Source: an uncultured Gemmatimonadales bacterium (GTDB lineage: Bacteria > Gemmatimonadota > Gemmatimonadetes > Longimicrobiales > RSA9). Taken from it: a DNA stretch of 64,000 bases. Location: NCBI GenBank assembly GCA_963816355.1, contig CAWFKH010000003.1:608001-672000 (forward strand), written 5' to 3'. The notes beneath the pieces were generated by a model that did no database searches, had not been told where the DNA came from, and saw nothing but the letters and a program-made list of their open reading frames with translations. The position numbers were made by a program, and so were the translations under genes. Below are positions 28,404 through 37,439 of the stretch, piece by piece (the first letter of the stretch is position 1; each line of letters opens with the position of its first letter).

Positions 28404-29485
28404 GCGTCGTCGTGCGCGCCGTCGACCATCTCTCGTTCCGCGGGCGCCGCGACCCGCAGGACGAAGATCCGCAGCGCCGCCGCGAGTGGGATCGCGACCA
28501 GGATCCCCAGGATCCCGCCGAGGCCGGCCCCGACCACGATCGCGAACAGCACCAGCGTCTGCGGCACGTGCGTCTGGCTGCGCATGATGTTCGGCGTGAG
28601 GATGTGGCCCTCGAGCTGCTCGAGCCCCACGAACAGCGCCAGCGCGACGAGCGCCAGCGTGAGCGAGTGCACCAGCGCCAGCAGCGTCACGATCGAGCCG
28701 ACCACGACCGGCCCGATGATCGGCACGATCTCGCCGAGCATCGTCAGCACGCCCAGCGCCAGCGCGTACGGCATGCCGATGATCATCAGCCCCAGCCACG
28801 CCAGCACGCCCATGATCACCGCGTTGATCACCGTGCCGCGCACGTAGCCGCCCATCGACCGCGCCATCTCGTGCAGCACCCCCGTGGCGCGCTCCCGCTC
28901 CGAGGCGGGGAAGAGCGACAGCGTGAAGCGCCGGATCGCCGACCGGCCGTACAGCCAGTACACGGACAGGAAGATCACCACGAACGTGTCCAGCAAGACC
29001 CCGAACAACCGCACCGGAAGCGACACCGCCAGGCCGCCCACCTGCGACGGCAGGCCGCCCGACAGGTCCGTCAGATCGACCCCCACCGGCATGCGCCGCC
29101 GCAGCCATTCCTGCGCCTCCGAGAGCAGCGTCGGCAGCCGGTCGATCAGCTCTCGCGCCTGCGTCACCACCGTCGGCAGCACCAGGTAGCCCAGTCCCAC
29201 CGCGATCGCCGCCAGCGCCACGTACACCAGCGCGATCGACAGGCCCCGCCGGTGCAGGCGCTCCGACAACCTTCGCACGATCGGCTCCAGCGCTTCCGCC
29301 AGCGTCACGCCGACCACCAGCAACGCCAGCGGCCGCGCGATCAGCTTCACCAGCGTCAGAGAGCCGAACCCCAGAAAGAGCGCCGCCGCCAGCGGCAGCA
29401 CCACACCCCACGAGACCGAGCGCAGCTTCGCCCCCAACGGCTCCCGCTCCCGATCGTCTCGCGCTTCCCGGCGCTCCCGCTCCAT
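28385..29485 (-). CDS. AI-2E family transporter
   Basis: About 8 TM segments; GGYVRG, IVPIIGP, EQLEGHILTPNIM, GILGILVAIPLAA; GAGGAG RBS. Confidence 0.9.
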   Translation of the reverse strand: MERERREARDDREREPLGAKLRSVSWGVVLPLAAALFLGFGSLTLVKLIARPLALLVVGVTLAEALEPIVRRLSERLHRRGLSIALVYVALAAIAVGLGYLVLPTVVTQARELIDRLPTLLSEAQEWLRRRMPVGVDLTDLSGGLPSQVGGLAVSLPVRLFGVLLDTFVVIFLSVYWLYGRSAIRRFTLSLFPASERERATGVLHEMARSMGGYVRGTVINAVIMGVLAWLGLMIIGMPYALALGVLTMLGEIVPIIGPVVVGSIVTLLALVHSLTLALVALALFVGLEQLEGHILTPNIMRSQTHVPQTLVLFAIVVGAGLGGILGILVAIPLAAALRIFVLRVAAPAEREMVDGAHDDAQGVPG

Positions 29486-29635
29486 TCCGCTCCTCTCGTG
29501 CGTGCATCGAGACCGATGCCGACTTCCGCGCTTCGCTCCTTCGCACGCATCGTTCCCGCCGCCGCCCTGGCCCGCTTCCCGCATCCCGCCTCGTACGGCG
29601 GCTTCCTCACGATCACCACTGACAGCGGAGATCCC

Positions 29636-30049
29636 ATGTCCACCCCGACCTACGCCATGATCCGCACCGTCGACCTCTCCTACGAGGAGGCCGATCGGCG
29701 CATCCGTGCCGCACTCGAGGCCCAGGGCTTCGGCATTCTCACCGAGATCGACGTCCGCGCCACGCTCAAGAAGCGCCTCGATGCCGACGTCCCCGCCTAC
29801 GAGATTCTCGGCGCCTGCATGGCGCCCCTCGCCCACCAAGCGATCCTCGCCGAACCCGACATCGGGCTCCTCCTCCCCTGCAACCTCGTCGTGCGCGCCA
29901 CCGATGACCCGCGACGAACCATCGTCGAAGCCCTCGATCCCGCCATCCAGCTCGGCATCGCCGCCGCACCCGCCCTCGCCCCCCTCGCCGACCAGGTCCG
30001 CGACCGCATCGTCCGCGCCCTCGACGAGGTCGCCGCCGCCGCGCCCTGA
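29636..30049 (+). CDS. DUF302 family protein
   Basis: GFGILTEIDVRATLKKRL..YEILGAC..EPDIGLLLPCNLVV; GGAG RBS. Confidence 0.88.
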   Translation: MSTPTYAMIRTVDLSYEEADRRIRAALEAQGFGILTEIDVRATLKKRLDADVPAYEILGACMAPLAHQAILAEPDIGLLLPCNLVVRATDDPRRTIVEALDPAIQLGIAAAPALAPLADQVRDRIVRALDEVAAAAP

Positions 30050-30104
30050 ACGCCGCCCCGGCGCCCCGAACGCCGCCGCCGCGCCCTGAACCCCGCCGCC
30101 GCGC
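30031..30104 (+). repeat. ~20-bp degenerate tandem repeat duplicating the DUF302 stop region
   Basis: cgccgccgccgcgccctgaa / cgccgccccggcgccccgaa / cgccgccgccgcgccctgaa / ccccgccgccgcgc. Confidence 0.6.
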
Positions 30105-30318
30105 AAACATTTCGTGGCGCCCGGCAAATCTCTTCGCCCCGAACCCCGGAGAAGGGCGGCCGCAGATATCGTAAGTAGCTGCACCCAAACGAGATACGAT
30201 GACGAGCCCGCATCGGCCTCGTTCCTGCACAACTCCGCCTCCGATTCCGGCCGCGCGGGCCGCTGCGCCCGGGCCCTCCGATCCGCGAGCGCCGGCGTTC
30301 CTTTCGTCGCGGAGCCAT

Positions 30319-30468
30319 ATGATCGAATCCATGCTCATCCTCGTCGGCGTCGTCATCCTCGCCTTCCTCTCGCTGGTCGGCGTGGCGATCCTCGGCGTCC
30401 TCGGCTCGGCGCTCTCGACGCTGCTGCGTCACCGCCACGATCCGGTCGAAAACCCGCCGGTGGCCTGA
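30319..30468 (+). CDS. Small hydrophobic membrane protein (49 aa), weakly Flp-pilin-like
   Basis: GGAG RBS just before ATG; MIESMLILVGVVILAFLSLVGVAILGVLGSALSTLL; GC3-rich codons. Confidence 0.6.
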   Translation: MIESMLILVGVVILAFLSLVGVAILGVLGSALSTLLRHRHDPVENPPVA

Positions 30469-30660
30469 CCCAACCGGGTAACGATACGTGACCATCGGGG
30501 GTCATGCTCCGTTGCATGGAGATTCGGGTCACGGCCATGGGCGGAGCCGCTTCTTGGCGTCCTTCCTGGACATCGGCGTGAGCGCGCCGCTGGCACGACT
30601 CGTGTCCAATTTCCCGCGGTCGCAGGGCCGTTCGCTCCCATACGCTCTGGACGAGCCGCG

Positions 30661-32565
30661 ATGACGCGTGAACACCTCTACGCGCGGGTGCCGCTGCGGG
30701 CGCTCGTGTTGTCGATGCTGAGTCTGGTGGTTCCGGCTGTGGCGCAGGTCGCCTTTCCGGAGGGTCTGGGCGAGAACGAGCTCCTGGTCTGGCTGCTCGC
30801 GCTCGTGCCGGCGTTTCTGTTCGCCTACTACCGAGGGTGGCGCGGGGCGGCGACGGCGCTGGCGGCGGGGATGGCCGCGCTGTCGCTGACGCAGGCCGTG
30901 CTGCGGGCGAGCGGTGGGGTGGCGCCGCCATGGCCGGTTTTGCTGACCGGGCTGGCGGCGTTCGCGACGGTTGCGCTGGGCGTGGGTTGGATCGCGGAGC
31001 GACTGCACCGGCAGCGGGCGCTGGCGCTGCGCAACGCGCTCGACACGAGCCTGATCGTGGACGAGAGCGGCGCGATCGTGTATGCGGGCCCTTCGGCGCC
31101 ACGCGTGCTCGGCCTGGCCTCGGGGGCGCTCGTGGGACGTCGCCTGCTAGAGCTGGTGGAGGACGAGGACGCGGAGAAGGTGGAACGCTTGCTGGCGAGG
31201 GACGGCACCGGGAGCCTGTTGCCGGCGGAGGTGCGGATTCGCCGCGCGGACGGTTCGCCTCGCGTGCTGGAGCTCCGTATCGCGGATCTGCGAGAGGATC
31301 CGAGCGTGCACGGCTTCGCGCTGGTCGCGCGGGACCTCACGGAGCGGAAGCGGCTGGAGGAGCGGCTGCGGCGGGCGGAACGAATGGAGGGGATCGGCCG
31401 GCTGGCGGCGGACGTGGCGCACGAATACAACAACCTGTTGACGGTGATGCAGGCACAGCTTCACGCGCTGGAGGAGGAAGTGCGCGTGCCCGATCGGGCG
31501 CGCGCGCCGCTTCAGCGCATCCGTGCCGCAGCCGACCAGGCGGCGGACCTGACGGCGAAGCTGTTCGCCTTCAGCCGCCAGCAGATGCTGCGGCCGGCGG
31601 AGGTGCGGCTCGGTGAGGTCGTCCGGCGCATCGAGCCTTCGTTGCGCGCGAAGCTGCCGCCCGCGGCGCGGCTCGAGCTGGATCTTGCCGCCGAGGGTGC
31701 GATCACGCTCGTCGACGCGCGCCTCTTCGGACGCATGCTCCTCACGCTCGTGGACCGCGCCGCTCCCGGCCTCGCCGAGGGCGGGTCGTTGCGCATCGAG
31801 GTGGCGGACGACGTGATCGACGCCGAGCTCGCCGGCCGCTACAGCTACGCCGTCCGCACCGGCCCCTACGTCCGCGTCTCGATCGAGGACTCGGGGCCGG
31901 CGATCGACGTGGAGGCCGCGCGCCTCGCCTTCGAGCCGTTCGCGACGGTGCCCGGCGGCGGGCGCTGGCTCGGCCTCAGCTCCGTCTACGGCTTCGTGAA
32001 GCAGAGCGGCGGCTACGTCTGGGTCGCGGGTCAGGAGGGGAGCGGCACCCGGTTCGACGTCTTCTTCCCCTCCGCCGAAGGGCGCTCTCTCGCGGCGACC
32101 GGAGCGGCCGCCGGTGCGGACGGCCGCCGCGGCACCGAGACCGTGCTCGTGGTCGAGGACGACGACCTCGTGCGTTCCGTCGTCCGGGACACGCTGCTGC
32201 GGCAGGGATACGGCGTTCTCGAGGCGGCGAACGGGAAGGAGGCGATCGCCGTCGCGCGCGCCTCCCAGGGCCGCTTCGACCTGCTCGTCACGGACATGGT
32301 GATGCCGCTCATGGGCGGCGGCGAGCTGGCACGCACCCTCCGCGTGCGGCAGCCGGACCTGGCGATCCTCTCGATGTCCGGCTACGCCGAATCGCAGATC
32401 AACCAGGATCTGCCCGACTCCGCGCTCTTCCTGCACAAACCGTTCACCCCGGACGAACTTGCGCGCGCCGTCCGCCGCGCCCTCGACGAGCCCTCGCGCG
32501 CGCTCGCTGCGCCCGCCGCGTCGGCCGATCGGCTCGCGGCGGTCCCGGCCGCGCAATCGAGCTGA
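30661..32565 (+). CDS. Membrane hybrid sensor kinase (4TM-PAS-HisKA-HATPase-REC) with degenerate ATPase boxes
   Basis: DVAHEYNNLL H-box; PAS (SLIVDESGAIVYAGPS..ARDLTERKRLE); REC VLVVEDD..LLVTDMVMP..MSGY..LHKPF. Confidence 0.88.
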   Translation: MTREHLYARVPLRALVLSMLSLVVPAVAQVAFPEGLGENELLVWLLALVPAFLFAYYRGWRGAATALAAGMAALSLTQAVLRASGGVAPPWPVLLTGLAAFATVALGVGWIAERLHRQRALALRNALDTSLIVDESGAIVYAGPSAPRVLGLASGALVGRRLLELVEDEDAEKVERLLARDGTGSLLPAEVRIRRADGSPRVLELRIADLREDPSVHGFALVARDLTERKRLEERLRRAERMEGIGRLAADVAHEYNNLLTVMQAQLHALEEEVRVPDRARAPLQRIRAAADQAADLTAKLFAFSRQQMLRPAEVRLGEVVRRIEPSLRAKLPPAARLELDLAAEGAITLVDARLFGRMLLTLVDRAAPGLAEGGSLRIEVADDVIDAELAGRYSYAVRTGPYVRVSIEDSGPAIDVEAARLAFEPFATVPGGGRWLGLSSVYGFVKQSGGYVWVAGQEGSGTRFDVFFPSAEGRSLAATGAAAGADGRRGTETVLVVEDDDLVRSVVRDTLLRQGYGVLEAANGKEAIAVARASQGRFDLLVTDMVMPLMGGGELARTLRVRQPDLAILSMSGYAESQINQDLPDSALFLHKPFTPDELARAVRRALDEPSRALAAPAASADRLAAVPAAQSS

Positions 32566-33641
32566 TGCCGATGGAGACGCCGACGCCGTTCAGCGGAACG
32601 AAGATCCTCATGATTGACGACGAGGAGTCGAACCTCCGTTTCGTGCGGCGCCTCCTCACGCGGGCCGGCGTCGGCGCGTTCCACCCGCTCAACGATCCGC
32701 GCGCCGCGGTCTCCACGTTCCTGGACGTGCAGCCGGACCTCCTCCTCCTCGACCTGCACATGCCGCATCGCGACGGCTTCCAGGTGATCGAGGATCTGCA
32801 GCCGCACGTGCCGGGCGGCAGCTTCTTCCCGATCCTGGTGATGACCGGCGATCCGAGCCCCGACGTGCGTAACCGCGCGCTCTCGCTCGGCGCCTCCGAC
32901 TACCTCACCAAGCCATTCGACACGACCGAGGCGATGCTGCGCATGTCCAATCTGCTGCGCACGCGCGCCCTCCACGAGGCGCTGCAGAGCCAGAACCAGC
33001 TCCTCGAGGCCCGCGTCCGTGAGCGGACCCGCGAGCTCGACGACGCCCAGGTCGAGATCCTGCAGCGGCTCGCACGCGTCTCCGAATTCCACGACGCCAC
33101 GACCGGCGAGCACATCCAGCGCGTCGGCCGCCTCGCGGACGTGCTTGCCCGCGAGATGGACCTCTCCATCGGCGAGGCCGAGACGATCGGCCGCGCCGCG
33201 TTGCTCCACGACGTCGGCAAGATCGGCATCCAGGGCGCCGTCCACCTCAAGGCGGGCCGCCTCACGCCCGAGGAGTTCGCCATGATGTCGGAGCACACGA
33301 AGATCGGCGCCCGGCTCCTCTCCGGCAGCCGCTTCGCCGTCCTGCAGAAGGCGGAGGAGATCGCGCTCAACCACCACGAGCGCTGGGACGGCAGCGGCTA
33401 TCCGCGCGGCATCTGCGGAGAGGCGATCCCGCTGTCCGCTCGCATCGTTGCCGTCGCCAATGTCTTCGACGCGTTGACCAGCCGCCGTCAGTACAAGGAT
33501 GCGTGGCCCCTCGCCGACGCGCTCGCCGAGATCCGCAACGAGACCGGACGACACTTCGATCCCGCCGTCGTCGAGGCGCTCTTCTCCCTCCACCGCGCCG
33601 GCATGCTGCGTCGCGCCGCCTTCGACATGGCCGTCGCATGA
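32565..33641 (+). CDS. REC + HD-GYP c-di-GMP phosphodiesterase (RpfG-like)
   Basis: ILMIDDE..LLDLHMP..KPF; TGEHIQRV, LHDVGKIG, HHERWDGSGYPRG, ARIVAVANVFDAL. Confidence 0.92.
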   Translation: MPMETPTPFSGTKILMIDDEESNLRFVRRLLTRAGVGAFHPLNDPRAAVSTFLDVQPDLLLLDLHMPHRDGFQVIEDLQPHVPGGSFFPILVMTGDPSPDVRNRALSLGASDYLTKPFDTTEAMLRMSNLLRTRALHEALQSQNQLLEARVRERTRELDDAQVEILQRLARVSEFHDATTGEHIQRVGRLADVLAREMDLSIGEAETIGRAALLHDVGKIGIQGAVHLKAGRLTPEEFAMMSEHTKIGARLLSGSRFAVLQKAEEIALNHHERWDGSGYPRGICGEAIPLSARIVAVANVFDALTSRRQYKDAWPLADALAEIRNETGRHFDPAVVEALFSLHRAGMLRRAAFDMAVA

Positions 33642-33733
33642 GCGCCCTCACGAACGTGTAAGTTCTTGCGCCGCCGTTGCGAAGGACTATCTTTCCATAG
33701 CCCCGATCCCCCCGTTTCCACATCGAGTCGATC

Positions 33734-34636
33734 ATGACGGCGACACCCCGCGCTCCGATGCCGTTCTGGGCGCTATTCGTCTCCATTGCGGTCTTCGCCG
33801 TACCCGCCGTACTGACGGGTCTGCGGCCGCTGCCCGAAGGCGTCACCGCGCTTTCCTGGCTCTTCGTCGTCATCCCGATCTTCTTCTTCGCCTACTTCGA
33901 GGGCTGGCGCGGCGTCGTCCTCGCCCTCGCCATGTGGGTCGTGTTGCTCGTGCTCGCCCTCATGGCCGGACCGCTCGTCGGCGGGCCGCAGCCCGACTGG
34001 ATCTTCGTCGGCCACCTCTCCGTCGCGCTGCTCGTGAACGCGATCGCCATTGCCTGGCTGGCCGCATCGCTCCACCGCGATCTCGGCGTCACCGCACTGC
34101 GCGAGCGCACGATGGCGGAGCAGCTCGCCCTGCGCGACGAGCTGACCGGGCTGCCGAACCTGAAGTACGCGAAGCTCTACCTCGACAGCTCCTTCGCCGC
34201 CGCCGAGCGTGGCTTCCCGCTCACGATCGTGCTCCTCGACGTCGACCGGCTGAAGGACTACAACGAGTTCCACGGACGCGGCGTGTCGGACGGCGTCCTG
34301 CGGGCGGTCGGCCACGTGCTCGGCCGCACGACCCGCAAGATGGAGCTCTCCGCGCGTCTCGACGGCGGTCGCTTCGTCTCGATCCTGAACACGCGTGATC
34401 CGGCGGCCGCGCTCCGCTTCGTGCGACGCCTGCGCAACGCGCTCCTCGAGCTCGATCTCCCGGTCGGGCGCGTGACCGTCTCGGCGGGCGTGGCTCCGTT
34501 CGGCTTCGGCATGCGGGCGAGCGAGGACCTGCTGCGGGCGGCGGAATCCGCCCTGGGCAAGGCGAAGAACGCGGGTCGCGACTCCGAGTCCGTCTACTCC
34601 CCCTCCGCCGAGGCCACCGCGTCCCAGAAGGCGTGA
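33734..34636 (+). CDS. Membrane protein with degenerate GGDEF domain
   Basis: 4 TM; DELTGLPN..LLDVDRLKDYNEFHG..; signature reads ARLDGGRF instead of R-x-GG[DE]EF; VTVSAGVA..AKNAGRD. Confidence 0.85.
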   Translation: MTATPRAPMPFWALFVSIAVFAVPAVLTGLRPLPEGVTALSWLFVVIPIFFFAYFEGWRGVVLALAMWVVLLVLALMAGPLVGGPQPDWIFVGHLSVALLVNAIAIAWLAASLHRDLGVTALRERTMAEQLALRDELTGLPNLKYAKLYLDSSFAAAERGFPLTIVLLDVDRLKDYNEFHGRGVSDGVLRAVGHVLGRTTRKMELSARLDGGRFVSILNTRDPAAALRFVRRLRNALLELDLPVGRVTVSAGVAPFGFGMRASEDLLRAAESALGKAKNAGRDSESVYSPSAEATASQKA

Positions 34637-36195
34637 GCCCGTTCCAGCGCCGCAGCCGTGCCCCGCAGCAGCAGGGACGCCGCGGCCGGAAGCGCGCTCA
34701 CCGCCGCGCCGGCGCCCAGGTAGAGCACGCTGCCGGCGGCCACGACGCCCGCGTCGAGCCGCGTCGCCGTCAGCGCCGTCGCCGCGATCAGCACCAGCCC
34801 GAGCAGCGCCGCGGACAGGTTCGCCGCGTCGAGCGGAGCGGTGGCCAGGATCGCCGCCGCGTCCGCGGCCCACGCGGCGCCGAGGAAGAGGATGCCCGTG
34901 GTGACGAGGCCGCGCCGGCGCGCCTCGGGCATCGCCGCCGTCGCCCACGCGTCCCCGGGCTGGCCGCTCCCGCGCCACAGCATCGACCCCGCCAGCGAGA
35001 CGACCAGGACGAGGCCGAGCGCCACGGCGCGGCGTAGCGGCGGCGACGAGGGGGCGAGCATTGGCGAGCCGGCAAGGTGCACGGCGAGCGCCCACCCGAG
35101 CAACAGCCAGGCGGCAAAGAGCGCCGCGTCGATCGCCACGCCGAGCAGCACGCGCGCGCTTCCGCCGACCGGCGGCGTGCGCGCCGGCCCCACGCCCTGC
35201 TCGCGCAGCGCGAGCACCCAGCCCTCGACCGCGTGCGAGAGCGAGTCGCGCTCGTCCAGGCCGCCGATCGCCGCTTCGATCCGCCCCACCACCTCGCGCG
35301 GCAGCCCCGCCGCGCGCCGCTTCGTCTCCTCGATCCGCCGGCCGGCCGTCTCAAGCACGCGCTGCAGGTCACGGGCGGCGCCGTCGACGGGCGTGCGACG
35401 CCGCTTCCGCGCCGGCAGCCAGGAGCGCCAGGCGTGCGCCATCTCATGCACCGTGGTCGCGAGCAGGATCGGCAGCGCGCCGCCGAGCACGACGAGGAAG
35501 AAGCGCGCGGTCAGGAAGTAGCCGGAGCCCGGCGCGAGACCGAGGTGCGCCGGCAGGTCGATGCGGCGCGACAGCGCCGCGAAGCCGCCCACCTCGGCGG
35601 CGGCGAGGCCGATCAGGAGCAGGTGCGGCGCCACCTGGAACACCGCGCTGCGCACCGGCCGTTCCGCCCCCTCCAGCGTGTAGAGCACGACCCCCGCGAG
35701 CGCCGCGGCTGCCGTGACCGCGAGCGCGATCACGCGCGCCGCGTCCAGCGCGGCGAAGGGGCGGGGCAGGGTGCTCGCACCCGGCAGGAGGAGGTGCAGC
35801 GCCGGCAACAGCGCGGCGACGTTCGCGGCCGCGAGCAACAGCGCGCCCGCCGTCAGCAGCGAAACCGTCAGCCCGCTCCGCCGCGGCGGCAGCACCCCGG
35901 TACGCACCACGCGGTCCGCTTCGTCGGGGAGCCGCAGCGTGAGCTGCCGGATCTCGCGGATGTCGCTGGCGAGCGCCGCCTCCAGCGCCGCCGCCGCGCG
36001 CAGGTCCCGCGTCATCCCCGTCTCGAAGGCGCGCGCGACGCGGTCGAGCGCGACCAGGTACGACCCGCGCCCGGCCCGCCCGAGGCCCGCCACGAAGGCG
36101 CGAAGACGTCCGCCCATCCGGCGCGTGAACGCGCCCGGCCCTCTGGCGTCCGCCCGGCGCAGCGCCGCCGCCGCTCCCGCCAGGCGGGACATCAC
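34594..36195 (-). CDS. Hypothetical multi-pass membrane protein
   Basis: 533-aa ORF with two clusters of hydrophobic helices separated by a helical region; directly follows the DnaJ gene; no family recognised; start uncertain. Confidence 0.55.
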   Translation of the reverse strand: MMSRLAGAAAALRRADARGPGAFTRRMGGRLRAFVAGLGRAGRGSYLVALDRVARAFETGMTRDLRAAAALEAALASDIREIRQLTLRLPDEADRVVRTGVLPPRRSGLTVSLLTAGALLLAAANVAALLPALHLLLPGASTLPRPFAALDAARVIALAVTAAAALAGVVLYTLEGAERPVRSAVFQVAPHLLLIGLAAAEVGGFAALSRRIDLPAHLGLAPGSGYFLTARFFLVVLGGALPILLATTVHEMAHAWRSWLPARKRRRTPVDGAARDLQRVLETAGRRIEETKRRAAGLPREVVGRIEAAIGGLDERDSLSHAVEGWVLALREQGVGPARTPPVGGSARVLLGVAIDAALFAAWLLLGWALAVHLAGSPMLAPSSPPLRRAVALGLVLVVSLAGSMLWRGSGQPGDAWATAAMPEARRRGLVTTGILFLGAAWAADAAAILATAPLDAANLSAALLGLVLIAATALTATRLDAGVVAAGSVLYLGAGAAVSALPAAASLLLRGTAAALERAHAFWDAVASAEGE

Positions 36196-36217
36196 GCGGC
36201 CGCGGCCGGCCGGGACG

Positions 36218-37414
36218 TCACGCCGCCCACCCCAGCAAATACGCGAGCGCCGCCGCCACGGTCAGCACCAGGCCCAGCAGCGCCGCCACGCGCCGGCTCG
36301 ACGCCGCCGTTCGCCGCTCCACCTCCGCCCGCTCGGCCGACTCCGCCGCGTTCGCGCCGTACGACGTGGCCATGCTCGCGACGCGGCCGCTCGGCAACGC
36401 CGTCTCCACCACCACCCGCACGATCTCGTCGCCCCGGCCACCCCAGCGCCGGTCCGGCAGGCCTTCCCCCGGCAGACGCACGAGGTGCCCCGTCTCCACG
36501 CCGGCCGGGATCTCCACCACCACCTCCCCCTCCAGCGTCGGCACGGTGAAGCGCCCCCCCACCCGCGCCGCCGCCGGCTCGACCGACAGCCGGTGCAGCA
36601 GGTCCGCGCCGTCCCGCACGAAACGCCGGTCGTCCGCCACCCGGATCACCACGTGGATCACGCCACGCACGATCCCGCCCGGCCCCGCCCGCACCGTCTC
36701 CACGACCTGGAACGCGTCGCCATCCCCGACGCCCGCCGGCACGTCGACGTCGAAGCCGCGGCCCGACAGATCGCGACCGCTGCCGTGGCACGTGCCGCAC
36801 GGTGCCGGCCGCTCGCCGCTCCCGCCGCACGCCTCGCACGCCGCCGTCGGCGCGCTCGCCGCGAGCAGGCCGCGCCGCGCCCGCCGCGTCCGGCCCGTGC
36901 CGCCGCACGCCTCGCACCGCACCCGACCCGGGCCGCGCCCCGTCCCCGCGCAATCGAAGCACGGCACCGCCAGCCGCGAGCGCGTGCCGCGCGCCGCTTC
37001 CGCGAGCGTGATCCGCAGCTCGACGCGCGGCGCCCCGTCCGCCGCCCGCCCGGCCGCTCCCGGCTCGCCGCCCTCCGCCCACGGGCCACCGGCGGCCGCC
37101 GCGTCGCCGACCCCAGCGCCGGCGTGATCGAGCACCAGCGACAGCGCGTGCGCGATCGCGTCGTCGTCCGCTTCCGACAGCGCCGCGCCCGTCGCGGCGT
37201 ACGCCGCCGGCCCCAGGATGTCGTAGAGCTTGCGGGTGCGCGCGTCCGCCAGGACCTGGAACGCCTCCGTCGCCTCCCGGAACCGCGCCCCGGCCTCTCC
37301 GGAACCTTCGTTGCGATCCGGATGGTGACGCAGCGCCAGCTTCCGGTAGGCGCGCTTGATGGTGGCCGCGTCCGCCGTCGGCGCGACCCCGAGCACTTCG
37401 TAGTAGTCCCGCAT
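36218..37414 (-). CDS. DnaJ-family co-chaperone (J domain, Zn finger, C-terminal domain) with C-terminal TM anchor
   Basis: MRDYYEVLGV..IKRAYRKLALRHHPDRN; four CxxCxGxG motifs (CFDCAGTG, CEACGGTG, CEACGGSG, CGTCHGSG); RFVRDGADL..VPTLEG..RLPGEGLP; ends VAALLGLVLTVAAALAYLLGWAA; GAGGAG RBS. Confidence 0.88.
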   Translation of the reverse strand: MRDYYEVLGVAPTADAATIKRAYRKLALRHHPDRNEGSGEAGARFREATEAFQVLADARTRKLYDILGPAAYAATGAALSEADDDAIAHALSLVLDHAGAGVGDAAAAGGPWAEGGEPGAAGRAADGAPRVELRITLAEAARGTRSRLAVPCFDCAGTGRGPGRVRCEACGGTGRTRRARRGLLAASAPTAACEACGGSGERPAPCGTCHGSGRDLSGRGFDVDVPAGVGDGDAFQVVETVRAGPGGIVRGVIHVVIRVADDRRFVRDGADLLHRLSVEPAAARVGGRFTVPTLEGEVVVEIPAGVETGHLVRLPGEGLPDRRWGGRGDEIVRVVVETALPSGRVASMATSYGANAAESAERAEVERRTAASSRRVAALLGLVLTVAAALAYLLGWAA

Positions 37415-37439
37415 GATCCTGCCGCTGCGACGTCTCCTC

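Noticed and set aside
30110..30320. c-di-GMP-I riboswitch upstream of the hub
   Set aside because: GGCAAA is present but I could not find the GNRA loop/receptor and P2 architecture
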